DNA from: Candidatus Margulisiibacteriota bacterium
GTDB taxonomy: Bacteria > Margulisbacteria > WOR-1 > O2-12-FULL-45-9
Direction of reading: 5' to 3'
DNA: 64,000 bases
NCBI GenBank assembly: GCA_043816785.1
Contig: JBDRHP010000011.1
Location: 34,833-98,832, forward strand
In this document: piece after piece, positions 26,872 to 36,339 of the stretch
How the letters are laid out: each line of letters opens with the position of its first letter
Position numbering within the stretch: position 1 is the stretch's first letter
Program-made: the position numbers and the translations under genes
The notes under the pieces: generated by a model
Told to the model about the DNA's origin: nothing
The model's input: the letters and a program-made list of their open reading frames with translations, nothing else
The model's database searches: none

Positions 26872-27912
26872 ATGTATAAGCCAAACTACCAGTTGACTAA
26901 TAAGATCGTAAAATTTATCGCGGAAATTTCAGCGGCTAGGGAGGCAATTTTGGATGCCCCAATTTTGCCTTCCATAGAAAAAGAACTCAAACTCGAAGCC
27001 TTGATCAGTAGAACGCATCACTCTACCTCTATTGAGGGGAATCGTTTATCAAAGGAAGAAGTAGCAATAATTGTGTCCGGAGGTAAACTGGAGGCCAGGC
27101 CAAAGGACAAAAAAGAGGTCTTAAACTATATAGCTGCTTTAAAATTTGTTGATAAATACGGGCCAAGCATCAAACAAATGACTCCTGCTGTTGTTTTGAA
27201 ACTTCACGGTCTGATTACCAAGGGAATATTGTCAGCCAGGCAAAGCGGGAATTTTAGAGATAAAATGGTTTATGTAATTGATAGTTTTGGTCGCACGGTT
27301 TTTACCCCGCCAAAAGACAATGAAGTACCACATCTGGTCAAAGATTTATGTGCATGGTTAAATTCAAAAGAAGCTATGGGGTTTTATCCTGTATTAACGG
27401 CTGGCATTGCGCATTATGAATTTGTTAGAATTCATCCTTTTATAGATGGGAATGGCCGGGTTGGCCGTGCTTTAGCTACGCTTATTCTTTATAAGCTTAA
27501 TTTTGATATAAAGGATTTTTTCACTTTGGATGATTATTATAATGAAGACCGGGCCAGTTATTATGCCGCTTTACAATCTGTTGATCCTGAAAGTATTGAT
27601 ATCACCCAATGGTTAGAATATTTTGTGGAAGGCGTTATGGTTCAGATAAATAGAATCAAAAAAGAGGTATATGAGTTAAGCGTTGATAAGCATTTAAAGG
27701 AAAAAATTGGCGGACAGAAAAGGTTATCAGGTCGGCAGATAGAGGCTTTTAAGTGCGTTAGGCGCCATGGGAAAATTACAGTAGGGGAGCTTGCTGCTCT
27801 TACGAAGGTGGTAACAAGGACTGCTTTAAGGGACTTGAATAAAATGCGTGAGATGGGTATTTTAAAATTGATTGGGAAAACAGGTAGGTCAGCTTATTAT
27901 GAATTGGCATAA
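26872..27912 (+). CDS. Fic family protein (class II, with N-terminal inhibitory motif) plus C-terminal winged helix
   Basis: The Fic motif HPFIDGNGRVGR is present. STSIEGN fits the inhibitory (S/T)xxxE(G/N) motif. The C-terminus is HTH-like (ITVGELAALTKVVTRTALRDLNKM). Confidence 0.85.
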   Translation: MYKPNYQLTNKIVKFIAEISAAREAILDAPILPSIEKELKLEALISRTHHSTSIEGNRLSKEEVAIIVSGGKLEARPKDKKEVLNYIAALKFVDKYGPSIKQMTPAVVLKLHGLITKGILSARQSGNFRDKMVYVIDSFGRTVFTPPKDNEVPHLVKDLCAWLNSKEAMGFYPVLTAGIAHYEFVRIHPFIDGNGRVGRALATLILYKLNFDIKDFFTLDDYYNEDRASYYAALQSVDPESIDITQWLEYFVEGVMVQINRIKKEVYELSVDKHLKEKIGGQKRLSGRQIEAFKCVRRHGKITVGELAALTKVVTRTALRDLNKMREMGILKLIGKTGRSAYYELA

Positions 27913-27915
27913 AGA

Positions 27916-27948
27916 TTGTCGCGTTTATGTCGCGTTTATGTCGCGTTT
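27916..27948 (+). repeat. 11-nt direct tandem repeat (TGTCGCGTTTA)x3
   Basis: Read directly from the sequence. It fills the 63 nt gap between the fic stop and the radA start. Confidence 0.7.
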
Positions 27949-27975
27949 TGCCGGATTGATAAATGAGGAATAACA

Positions 27976-29328
27976 ATGCCAAAATCTGAAACCCGCTACG
28001 TTTGTCAATCCTGTGGTCAAGACTATCCGCGTTGGGCAGGGCAGTGTGCCTCTTGCAGCGAATGGAACACGCTGGTTGAGGAGCAAGTTGCAAGCTCCAA
28101 GCAACAAACCCCAAGCAAATTTCAAATAACAAATTACAAATCACAAGCGCCGACCCCGATAACCGAAGTTGATTTTACAAAGGAGCAGCGGATGCCGACA
28201 GGGATTGTTGAGGTGGATCGGGTTTTGGGTGGCGGGGTGGTTGGGGGTTCAGTTGTTTTAGTTTCTGGAGAACCGGGGATCGGCAAATCCACCATGATGC
28301 TGCAGGCAGCCGAAGCCTTAAGTAAGCAGTCCGTGGTTTTATATGTAAGCGGGGAGGAATCTGCTAAACAGATCAGGCTGCGGGCAGAACGACTGGGCAC
28401 ACTTTCTAAGAATCTAATGCTGCTGCCTGAAACCAATATCTTTGCCATCGAAACTGCGATCCAAAATGTTAAACCTAAATTCGTGGTTGTTGATTCGATC
28501 CAGACTATGTTTCGTGAGGACATTACATCGGCGCCTGGCTCAGTTGCACAAGTTAGAGAATGTGCCGGATATTTGGTGCGGATCGCTAAGGCAACTGGGA
28601 TACCGATTTTTATTGTTGGCCATGTAACCAAAGAAGGCAATATCGCCGGCCCAAGACTTTTGGAGCATGTAGTTGATACTGTTTTATACTTTGAAGGGGA
28701 GAGGCATAAACAATTCCGGATCCTGCGGGCGCATAAGAATCGTTTCGGTTCGACTAACGAGGTTGGGATTTTCGAGATGAAGGACAAAGGCTTGGTCGAG
28801 GTTGCAAATCCTTCTGAGGTCTTTCTTTCTGAGAGGCCAAAGGATTGCCCTGGGTCGGTAATAACAGCCGCTTTGGAAGGAACGCGTCCGCTTTTGGTGG
28901 AAATCCAAGCTTTAACTGCCTTTACCAAGATGCCGTATCCCGCAAGGAAGACAACTGGCGTTGATTATAACCGCACTGCAATCATTATTGCGGTGTTAGA
29001 ACGGCAATTAGGCTTAAAGTTATCCATGCAAGATATATATGTGAATGCAGCTGGGGGAGTGCGGGTAACCGAACCGGCCATGGACCTACCGATAGCTTTA
29101 GCAATTGTTTCCAGCTCTAAAAATAAGCCCGTAGATTCTCAAACCGTTGCGATCGGCGAGGTGGGTTTGTCGGGGGAAGTCCGCTCGGTCAATCAGATCG
29201 AGCAGCGGGTTAAAGAAGCTGAAAAATTAGGGTTTAAGAGGATCATTATCCCCAAAGCGAATGTTAAAGAAATAAGCAAGCCTAAAATTGAAGTCCTCGG
29301 GGTTTCTTCGGTTAAAGAAGCGTTATAA
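27976..29328 (+). CDS. radA: DNA repair protein RadA/Sms
   Basis: The N-terminal zinc finger is YVCQSCGQDYPRWAGQCASCSEWNT. The RecA-like Walker A is GEPGIGKST. The KNRFG motif and a Lon-like C-terminus are present. Confidence 0.9.
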   Translation: MPKSETRYVCQSCGQDYPRWAGQCASCSEWNTLVEEQVASSKQQTPSKFQITNYKSQAPTPITEVDFTKEQRMPTGIVEVDRVLGGGVVGGSVVLVSGEPGIGKSTMMLQAAEALSKQSVVLYVSGEESAKQIRLRAERLGTLSKNLMLLPETNIFAIETAIQNVKPKFVVVDSIQTMFREDITSAPGSVAQVRECAGYLVRIAKATGIPIFIVGHVTKEGNIAGPRLLEHVVDTVLYFEGERHKQFRILRAHKNRFGSTNEVGIFEMKDKGLVEVANPSEVFLSERPKDCPGSVITAALEGTRPLLVEIQALTAFTKMPYPARKTTGVDYNRTAIIIAVLERQLGLKLSMQDIYVNAAGGVRVTEPAMDLPIALAIVSSSKNKPVDSQTVAIGEVGLSGEVRSVNQIEQRVKEAEKLGFKRIIIPKANVKEISKPKIEVLGVSSVKEAL

Positions 29329-30600
29329 ATACTTCCGCGGATCCGCAATCTTGCCTTCAATCATAGAAGCCGCTACAGTAGCAGGAGAACCCAGATAAAT
29401 AAAAGCCTTGGTATTGCCCATCCGGCCTTTAAAGTTGCGATTAGCAGTTGAGATTACATTTTCTCCGTCAGAAGGAACTCCATTGTGAGTGCCAACGCAG
29501 GGGCCGCAGCCCGGAGTAACAGCAACGGCGCCAGCTTCCAGCAGCGATTGATAGATGCCTTCCTTGATCATGTCCAAAAGGATCTGTTTTGAAGCTGGAG
29601 CAAGGATCAGACGAACCCCATCTTTTACTTTCTTGCCTTTTAATATCTTTGCTGCGATACGGAAGTCTTCCAAGCGGCCATTAGTGCAGGTGCCGATCAA
29701 TCCTTGCTGGACTGGAACATCCCCGAGTTTTGAGATAGGGACTACATTGTCAACTGTGTGCGGTTTGGCAATTTGCGGTTCAAGTTTGCTGATGTCGATG
29801 TTAACGATTTTTGCATATTTAGCGTCTTGGTCGGCTGAAATCGGGTTCGGCTTCTTTTTTGAATGAGCTTTAACCCAATCCAGGACCTTTTTGTCTGCTT
29901 CCATCAGGCCGGCCTTGGCTCCGCATTCAATAGCCATGTTGGAGATGGTGAAGCGGGCGTCAACCGACATATCAGAAATAGCTTGGCCGTAAATTTCCAG
30001 GGCCAGGTAAGTGGCGCCATCTGCTGTAATGTCGCCGATCAATTTTAAGATCAAATCCTTTGAAAAAACGCCTTTGGGCAGATCCCCATTATAATTAACT
30101 CTCATTGTTTCCGGTACCTTGAACCAGAGCTTGCCAGAGGCCCAGCCAGCGGCTAAGTCTGTTGAGCCAATGCCAGTGGAAAAAACATTGATCGCTCCGT
30201 AAGTGCAGGTGTGGGAATCTGCGCCAATAACCAGGTCTCCAGGCACCACATGGCCTTGCTCTGGAGTGATCTGATGGCAGATGCCGCAACCAATATCATA
30301 GAGCTTAATGCCGGTTTCTTTTTGAAACTCCCTGATTTTTTTGTGAATAGCGGAAACCCCTTCGTTGGGAGAAGGGGAGCTGTGATCAACAATGATGGCG
30401 ATCTTTGAGGGATCAAAGACTTTCTTTGCGCCGAGTTTTTTAAAGGAGTCAATGGCGATCCCGGAAGTGCCGTCCTGGCCGATCAGGTAATCCAGATCAG
30501 CGACCACAATGTCCCCGGCCTTGGCGGCTTTTCCGGAATGAGAAGAGAGGATCTTTTCCGAGATAGTTTGACTGCGCTCACTGCCAGTAGTTTTTACCAT
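29323..30600 (-). CDS. leuC: 3-isopropylmalate/homoaconitate dehydratase large subunit (archaeal-type LeuC/HacA)
   Basis: 425 aa aconitase-family protein with GIxHQ (GICHQITPEQG), DSHT (GADSHTCTYGA) and TCTNGR Fe-S/substrate motifs. It overlaps the radA stop by 6 nt, convergently. No adjacent small subunit. Confidence 0.8.
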   Translation of the reverse strand: MVKTTGSERSQTISEKILSSHSGKAAKAGDIVVADLDYLIGQDGTSGIAIDSFKKLGAKKVFDPSKIAIIVDHSSPSPNEGVSAIHKKIREFQKETGIKLYDIGCGICHQITPEQGHVVPGDLVIGADSHTCTYGAINVFSTGIGSTDLAAGWASGKLWFKVPETMRVNYNGDLPKGVFSKDLILKLIGDITADGATYLALEIYGQAISDMSVDARFTISNMAIECGAKAGLMEADKKVLDWVKAHSKKKPNPISADQDAKYAKIVNIDISKLEPQIAKPHTVDNVVPISKLGDVPVQQGLIGTCTNGRLEDFRIAAKILKGKKVKDGVRLILAPASKQILLDMIKEGIYQSLLEAGAVAVTPGCGPCVGTHNGVPSDGENVISTANRNFKGRMGNTKAFIYLGSPATVAASMIEGKIADPRKYL

Positions 30601-31574
30601 TACGCTTTCTTTTTTTTCTTCTTTACAATGGGTTTTTTGGCTGGCTTGGGCTTTTTAACGTGATTAACTGGCCGGGCCTTTTCTTTTATCGCCTGGGTAA
30701 TAATACTGGCTTTTTCAATGAGATAAGGATCAAGTCCCACCATTTCATGGACTTGTTTAAGTAATTGAACGGCTTTGGGATGATTGACAATATCTGCCAG
30801 GTCGAGCTTTGCCCGGGCGATAAGACCAGTGTAGGGCAGGGACATCTTGACAACCTCAGTTAATAATTTTTCCGCTCTAACAAAATCACTCTTGGTTGCC
30901 CGGTTGGTGAGGATCTCGGCCTTGACGATCTTGCCCTTATTGGCGAAATAATCGTCCGGCCTGGATTTTAGTTCCTTTAAGGAAAAATCAATAAGTTTCA
31001 AAGCGGTGCTAAAGTCGTCATGGTCCCGGTAAAGGATTATTTCCGCCTTGGAGAGCAGCGCTCGTCCCCTGAAATACCAGTGGGCGTCCTTTTCTTTGAC
31101 CACTCGATTGATCAACTCCAAGGCCTGGGCCCAATCTCCCTTAGCCCGGCGGGCCAAACGCAATTCCGCCTCAACAATATAGGTTTTGGCGGCAAAGAAA
31201 TCTGAAACATCTTTGCCCAGAATTTGCCGCGCTTTTTCTGACAGCGATATGGCATCGCCAAAATCTTCAGGAGCTCCGATCAGTAGCTCAGCCTTGCCAA
31301 TTAAAGCCCGGGCCTTTAAATATTCTGGCGGGTTGCGCAGCAATATCTGGTCATAGAGCTTGGTTGCTTCGGCGTGATCGCCAGGGCCGCCGCGGCCGAC
31401 CAAAAGATCGGCAATGCCAAACATTATCTCAGGGGCGTCAGAGCGCTCGGGGTGCTGGGAAAGGATGTAGCGATAGCGCTTAAGGGCCTTATTGATCTTT
31501 TCTTTTTCCGAAGGGATCGGGAACCCCACTTCTTTGTCAATAATATAATTCATGATCGGCGAAAGTATACTCAT
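30600..31574 (-). CDS. TPR-like helical repeat protein with poly-Lys C-terminal tail
   Basis: 324 aa of repeated helical pairs, ending KKPKPAKKPIVKKKKKKA. Confidence 0.45.
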   Translation of the reverse strand: MSILSPIMNYIIDKEVGFPIPSEKEKINKALKRYRYILSQHPERSDAPEIMFGIADLLVGRGGPGDHAEATKLYDQILLRNPPEYLKARALIGKAELLIGAPEDFGDAISLSEKARQILGKDVSDFFAAKTYIVEAELRLARRAKGDWAQALELINRVVKEKDAHWYFRGRALLSKAEIILYRDHDDFSTALKLIDFSLKELKSRPDDYFANKGKIVKAEILTNRATKSDFVRAEKLLTEVVKMSLPYTGLIARAKLDLADIVNHPKAVQLLKQVHEMVGLDPYLIEKASIITQAIKEKARPVNHVKKPKPAKKPIVKKKKKKA

Positions 31575-31674
31575 TTAAACCACCTTATTTTTTATGTTTG
31601 CTTGGACAGTTGATCCTGTGCCAGTTGGTACAGGGTTGATAACCGATTATAAATAATGTAGAATATAATGTCAA

Positions 31675-32460
31675 ATGGAACGATTGCCCCCAAAGCGAGA
31701 AGAAGAACTGCGTGAGTTCGAAAAGAAATTAGGCACCTCCTTTCTTAGTAAGTCACTGCTCAATCAGTCGTTGACCCACAGCTCGTACGGTCATGAGCAA
31801 AAAATAGCTGACAACGAGCGACTGGAATTCTTTGGCGATGCTATCCTTAAGCTGGTGATTAGCGAATACCTTTATCATAAGTTTCCCGAACGGGCAGAAG
31901 GTGCTTTGACCAAGATACGGGCCGCGGTTATTTCTGACGAAACCCTGGCGGGAGTGGGCCGCAGGCTTAATGTCGGCGATTTTCTCCTCTTAAGCGCCAA
32001 TGAAAAACGGACCGGAGGCGCCCGCCGGAAATCAAATCTGGCTAATGCCCTTGAGGCAGTGATTGGCGCGGTTTTTATTGATGCCGGTATTGGCAAATCC
32101 CGGGAAGTGATCCTGGGGTTTTTACTCAAAGAGATTGAAACTGTTTCCAGTGAGGGGTACATCCGCGACTACAAATCAGCTTTGCAGGAGTACACCCAAA
32201 AGCGTAAATGGACACTGCCGCATTATCTGGTTATCAAAGAGACGGGGCCTAAGCACCGTCGCGTCTTCTGGATGGAGGTCAAGATCCAGGGCCGAAAATG
32301 TGGCTCCGGCCGGGGCAGGAACAAAAAAGAAGCTGAACAAAGGGCGGCTATGCATGCCTTGACCCACTTAAAAACTGAAGAACGCGGCAAAGGAAAGCGT
32401 AAGGAGAAAAAAGGCATTCGAGGCATTATCTCGAACGTGAGAAAAAGGATTAAAATGTAA
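31675..32460 (+). CDS. rnc: ribonuclease III
   Basis: The RNase III signature is ERLEFFGDAILKLVISEYLY. A dsRBD and a Lys/Arg-rich C-terminal tail follow. TATAAT at 31664-31669 lies 5 nt before the ATG. Confidence 0.9.
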   Translation: MERLPPKREEELREFEKKLGTSFLSKSLLNQSLTHSSYGHEQKIADNERLEFFGDAILKLVISEYLYHKFPERAEGALTKIRAAVISDETLAGVGRRLNVGDFLLLSANEKRTGGARRKSNLANALEAVIGAVFIDAGIGKSREVILGFLLKEIETVSSEGYIRDYKSALQEYTQKRKWTLPHYLVIKETGPKHRRVFWMEVKIQGRKCGSGRGRNKKEAEQRAAMHALTHLKTEERGKGKRKEKKGIRGIISNVRKRIKM

Positions 32461-33746
32461 TGGCAGGTTTACTGATCAAAAACGGCCGAGTGGTTGACCC
32501 GGCGTCCAATCTGGATGCAGTCAGGGACGTCCTGATCGAGAACGGGAAGATTAAGAAAGTAGGGGTTAGGGTTAAGGGGGTAGGGGTTAGAGTAATTGAC
32601 GCTAAGGGAAAACTTGTCCTGCCGGGTTTAATCGATATGCATACTCACCTGCGCGATCCCGGCCGGCCGGACAAGGAGACAATTGCCAGCGGCACACGGG
32701 CAGCGGCCAAGGGAGGTTTTACCACCGTCTGCTGCATGGCCAATACTGAGCCAGCCATTGACAACCCCGCAGTTGTAAAATATGTCAGTGATACAGCCAA
32801 GAGTGACGGGATAGTTAATGTTTTCCCGATTGCTGCGGTTACCAAAGGCTTAAAAGGAGAAAAATTGGCAGAGATGGGTTTGATGTTGGAGGCGGGGGCA
32901 GTGGCTTTTTCTGATGATGGCCAGCCGCTGATGGGCTCCGCGCTGATGCGTAAGGCCCTGGAGTATGCCAGGCAGTTTTCTGTTCCGGTTATTTCACATT
33001 GCGAAGATAAAGGTTTGTCCCACAACGGTTCGATGAATGAGGGCGCTTTGTCAACGGCGATCGGTTTACCGGGCTTCCCTGCCTTAGCAGAGGAGCTCAT
33101 GGTTGCCCGGGATACCATGTTAGCGGCGGAGTTCGGGCAGGTCCATATTGCGCATGTTTCCTCAGCTAATTCAGTTGAGCTGATTCGTCGGGCCAAGAGA
33201 CGCGGGGTTCCCGTTACTTGTGAGACCTGTCCCCATTATTTCAGCCTGACTGAGTCGGCAGTTAAAGAGTATGACACGAACGCCAAGGTTAACCCGCCCC
33301 TGAAAACTCCCAAGGATCTCAAGGCGGTGATCAGGGGATTGCGGGATGGGACCATTGATGCCATAGCTACAGACCATGCGCCCCACAACATCGAAGAGAA
33401 AAATATTGAGTTTAATTCGGCTTCATTTGGTATGGTTGGCTTGGAAACAGCCCTGGCCCTGGTCCTGACAAAATTAGTTGCCACAAAAGCCCTGACCTTG
33501 AAAAAGGCGATCGAAAAAATGACGGTTGCGCCGGCCAGGATCCTCAATTTAAATAAAGGAACGCTTAAGGTCGGAGCGGATGCTGATGTTATTATAGTTG
33601 ATCCAGGAGCAGAATGGACGGTGACCCCTTCCCAGTTCGCCTCTAAGAGCAGAAATACGCCATTTAGTGGGTGGAAACTCAAAGGGCAGGTCATCTATAC
33701 GATTGTTGCTGGCAAGATTGTGGTTCGTGATGGCAAACTTCTTTAA
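32460..33746 (+). CDS. pyrC: dihydroorotase
   Basis: LPGLIDMHTHLRDPG (HxH metal site) and DHAPH are present, with an amidohydrolase fold and 428 aa length. It contains an in-frame 21 nt tandem duplication (VGVRVKG/VGVRVID). Confidence 0.85.
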   Translation: MAGLLIKNGRVVDPASNLDAVRDVLIENGKIKKVGVRVKGVGVRVIDAKGKLVLPGLIDMHTHLRDPGRPDKETIASGTRAAAKGGFTTVCCMANTEPAIDNPAVVKYVSDTAKSDGIVNVFPIAAVTKGLKGEKLAEMGLMLEAGAVAFSDDGQPLMGSALMRKALEYARQFSVPVISHCEDKGLSHNGSMNEGALSTAIGLPGFPALAEELMVARDTMLAAEFGQVHIAHVSSANSVELIRRAKRRGVPVTCETCPHYFSLTESAVKEYDTNAKVNPPLKTPKDLKAVIRGLRDGTIDAIATDHAPHNIEEKNIEFNSASFGMVGLETALALVLTKLVATKALTLKKAIEKMTVAPARILNLNKGTLKVGADADVIIVDPGAEWTVTPSQFASKSRNTPFSGWKLKGQVIYTIVAGKIVVRDGKLL

Positions 33747-34371
33747 CTACCTTCGCTTCTCTTTGCTTGGCGGTTTGCTTCTTGTGCTCGTGGTAATTTT
33801 TGGCTGTGGCGATATTAGCAGCGGAGTGTCCAGCTTAACGATTTCTCCTTCGCCCGTAACTGTTGGCATCAATCAACCCCAGGCTTTTACTGTCCTGGGG
33901 ATTAACTCGCTGGGCCAGATTGTCAGCGTGACCCCAACCTGGAGTGTGACGGGAAGCATTGGCACGGTCAATTCAAACGGGGTATTTATTGCTGGGGCTG
34001 CAACCGGCAGCGGCACGGTCGTAGCCACTTATGATGATAAAAGCGCTTCGGCCTCCATTACTGTGACAGACAAATGTTGGGTTGAGGGTAAAATTACCGG
34101 CGAGCTGGATGCAGGCGGTGTCCAAAGTATTTTAGTCAGCGTAAGCGGTACCAGCTATTCTGACCGCAGCGACAGTAATGGTAATTATTCAATCTCCAAT
34201 GTCCCGGCCGGGACTTATCATGTTTATACTGAAGAAAACAACCAGATCTACCAGTCAGTTTCGAGCGAAGTGACTGTGACGGCGGGCCAAACCAAGACCC
34301 AGAATTTTTACCTAACGGTCAGGCCTGGAGTTCCTATTCCGAGCACCACGACTATTCCAGACTTTTTCTAG
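33730..34371 (+). CDS. lipoprotein with Big_2 Ig-like domain and carboxypeptidase-regulatory-like domain
   Basis: The lipobox is VVIFGCG. ISPSPVTVGINQPQAFTVLG...TWSVTGSIGTVNSNGVF is Big_2-like. SDSNGNYSISNVPAGTYHV is CarbopepD_reg-like. The start is taken at the internal ATG, 17 nt before the pyrC stop. Confidence 0.6.
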   Translation: MANFFNYLRFSLLGGLLLVLVVIFGCGDISSGVSSLTISPSPVTVGINQPQAFTVLGINSLGQIVSVTPTWSVTGSIGTVNSNGVFIAGAATGSGTVVATYDDKSASASITVTDKCWVEGKITGELDAGGVQSILVSVSGTSYSDRSDSNGNYSISNVPAGTYHVYTEENNQIYQSVSSEVTVTAGQTKTQNFYLTVRPGVPIPSTTTIPDFF

Positions 34372-34374
34372 ATC

Positions 34375-34713
34375 ATGGCAGAAGAATTTAATCCTCAAGA
34401 AGCTGGCCGCCGCATTGCGGCTGAATATTTAAGTAAACGCCGCTGGGCCCATGAATGGCGTGAGGCTTTAAACCGGCAGCTCTACCCTGGATTTGAGCGC
34501 GAGGAGTTCGAGGCCAAGGAGAGGGAATGCGATCACATAGAGGAAGAAGCAGAAGATAATCTTTCCCAAAGTGTGGAACTCTGGCGGCACAGTGTTCTGC
34601 CGCAAAAAAACGAAGTCCTTTTGGCAATTCTGGAAATGCTGGGCCAAAGGACTGACCTGGGCTTTTATGCTAAACGGATCGTGGCACGGTTGAGAAGAGA
34701 GTTGAGCCCATGA
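34375..34713 (+). CDS. hypothetical protein (112 aa, acidic)
   Basis: ORF only. No SD. Confidence 0.3.
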   Translation: MAEEFNPQEAGRRIAAEYLSKRRWAHEWREALNRQLYPGFEREEFEAKERECDHIEEEAEDNLSQSVELWRHSVLPQKNEVLLAILEMLGQRTDLGFYAKRIVARLRRELSP

Positions 34714-34717
34714 TAGA

Positions 34718-35719
34718 ATGCATCCAATGCTTTTAGTTTGGTTGAAATTTTTAATTTGTGCCGCGATTATTTACCTTGCCGGTTCCAAGCTGACCAAATA
34801 CGGGGATGCGATTGCTGAAAAAACCGGCTTGTGCCGCGCCTGGATCGGCCTGGTGCTTTTAGCTGCCATTACTTCTTTGCCAGAGTTGGCGACCAGCATT
34901 TCTGCTTCAGCCCTGGCTCAAGCGCCGGACTTGGCGGCCGGAGATCTGCTCGGTGCGTGCACAATGAACATGTTTACCCTTTCTCTCCTTGACCTGCTTT
35001 GGGGACTGCGCGGTAAAGGAACGATCTTCATCAAGCCCAAGGAAGGCAATTTGATATCCACACTTTTTGGCGCAGTTATCTTACTGACGGTAGCCGCTGC
35101 TCTGGCGCTGGGACATGTTTCCCTTGATCTTTCGATACGGGGCATCTCTGTCTATTCCATGGTGATTCTAGGGGTTTATCTGTTGTCGCTGGCTATTCTT
35201 TATAATTATCGTGAAGGCGCAGAAACGCTTGGGGCGAAAACTTACGCCCATGTTTCGTCTCTTCAGACATATCTGTTTTTCTTCTTTTCAGCGGCAGCGG
35301 TTGTTGCTGCGGGCAGCTGGCTGCCATTTATTGGCGCAGAGATTGTCAATGTTATGGGCTGGGGACAAACATTTGTGGCAGTCTTGTTTTTGGCGCTGGC
35401 AACGACCCTGCCGGAGATAACAGTTTCTTTTTCTGCGTTAAAGTTGGGCCATGCCAGCATGGCAATTGGCAATATGGTAGGCAGTAATATATTTGATGTT
35501 TCCCTTATTTTCCTGGCGGATATTTTTTATCGGCCGGCTTCCCTGTATTCAACAGTAAATTCAAGCATGATCTTTGTTGCTTTGATCGGGGCGTTGCTTA
35601 TGGGCTTGATTTATTACGCACAAAAGAAACAGGTCAAAAACCATATGCTTTCCCTGATTGTCATAACAATCTACCTCTGTTCCCTATTTTTCCTCTTTAC
35701 GTCCGGCGTGCTGTCGTAA
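34718..35719 (+). CDS. Ca2+/cation antiporter (CaCA/YrbG family) membrane protein
   Basis: Two alpha-repeat motifs (ITSLPELATSI and ATTLPEITVSFSALKLG...GNMVGSNIFD). About 10 TM segments. Confidence 0.7.
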   Translation: MHPMLLVWLKFLICAAIIYLAGSKLTKYGDAIAEKTGLCRAWIGLVLLAAITSLPELATSISASALAQAPDLAAGDLLGACTMNMFTLSLLDLLWGLRGKGTIFIKPKEGNLISTLFGAVILLTVAAALALGHVSLDLSIRGISVYSMVILGVYLLSLAILYNYREGAETLGAKTYAHVSSLQTYLFFFFSAAAVVAAGSWLPFIGAEIVNVMGWGQTFVAVLFLALATTLPEITVSFSALKLGHASMAIGNMVGSNIFDVSLIFLADIFYRPASLYSTVNSSMIFVALIGALLMGLIYYAQKKQVKNHMLSLIVITIYLCSLFFLFTSGVLS

Positions 35720-35732
35720 TCCCGACACCTAT

Positions 35733-35860
35733 TAACTAACAACTTACAATTAACAATACGGCCCTTCGGGCCTACAACCGATAAGGAATTCCCTATTATT
35801 ATAATAAAAAATCATTATATGTTGTTAGTTATAAGTTGTAGCGAGCAAAGCGAGCGTCTT
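35733..35860. promoter_or_regulatory. intergenic region with 12-nt inverted repeats and a UUCG-loop hairpin
   Basis: TTAACTAACAAC at 35733 is the reverse complement of GTTGTTAGTTA at about 35823, and there is a third copy at about 35862. The hairpin GGCCC-TTCG-GGGCC lies between them. It is upstream of the PilP-like/secretin pair. Confidence 0.3.
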
Positions 35861-35915
35861 GTTAGTTAACATGGCAATAAGATTGCTGCTAAGCTGTTAT
35901 AAGGAGAGGGCATAA

Positions 35916-36338
35916 ATGTATTTAAAAACCAAGAAAATGATCGTTGTGCTTTTTTTGATATTTGTGAGTTTACTTCTTGTGTCCTGTTCTGCCTCTAAAG
36001 AGAAGATAGAAGTGCAAACAGCAGATGACGACATCGAAATTGTAGAAGAGCAAGTTTCAACCTTAGAGGCCGATCCTCGCGAAACAGTCTTTACCTATAA
36101 TAATCAGCCAGAAAAAGTCTTTTTAAAAGAAGCACTTTTAAAATTAAATTCCGAGCCCCTTCTCCTGACCTCCGGCTACGTGCGGTTAGTTGGGGTGGTC
36201 AGTGGGGGTAAGCCGCTAGCCTTGATCGAGGTTGGGGGGAGGGGTGTTTGTTTAGCGCTCGGGGATGAGGTTGGAGGATATTGTTTGGTTGAGATAAAGA
36301 AAAACGGGATTAGATTATTAAGGAAATCGGAGGGATGA
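35916..36338 (+). CDS. lipoprotein, possibly PilP-like secretin partner
   Basis: The signal peptide and lipobox are LLLVSCS. It is 140 aa and sits immediately upstream of the secretin gene (2 nt gap). Confidence 0.4.
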   Translation: MYLKTKKMIVVLFLIFVSLLLVSCSASKEKIEVQTADDDIEIVEEQVSTLEADPRETVFTYNNQPEKVFLKEALLKLNSEPLLLTSGYVRLVGVVSGGKPLALIEVGGRGVCLALGDEVGGYCLVEIKKNGIRLLRKSEG

Positions 36339-36339
36339 G

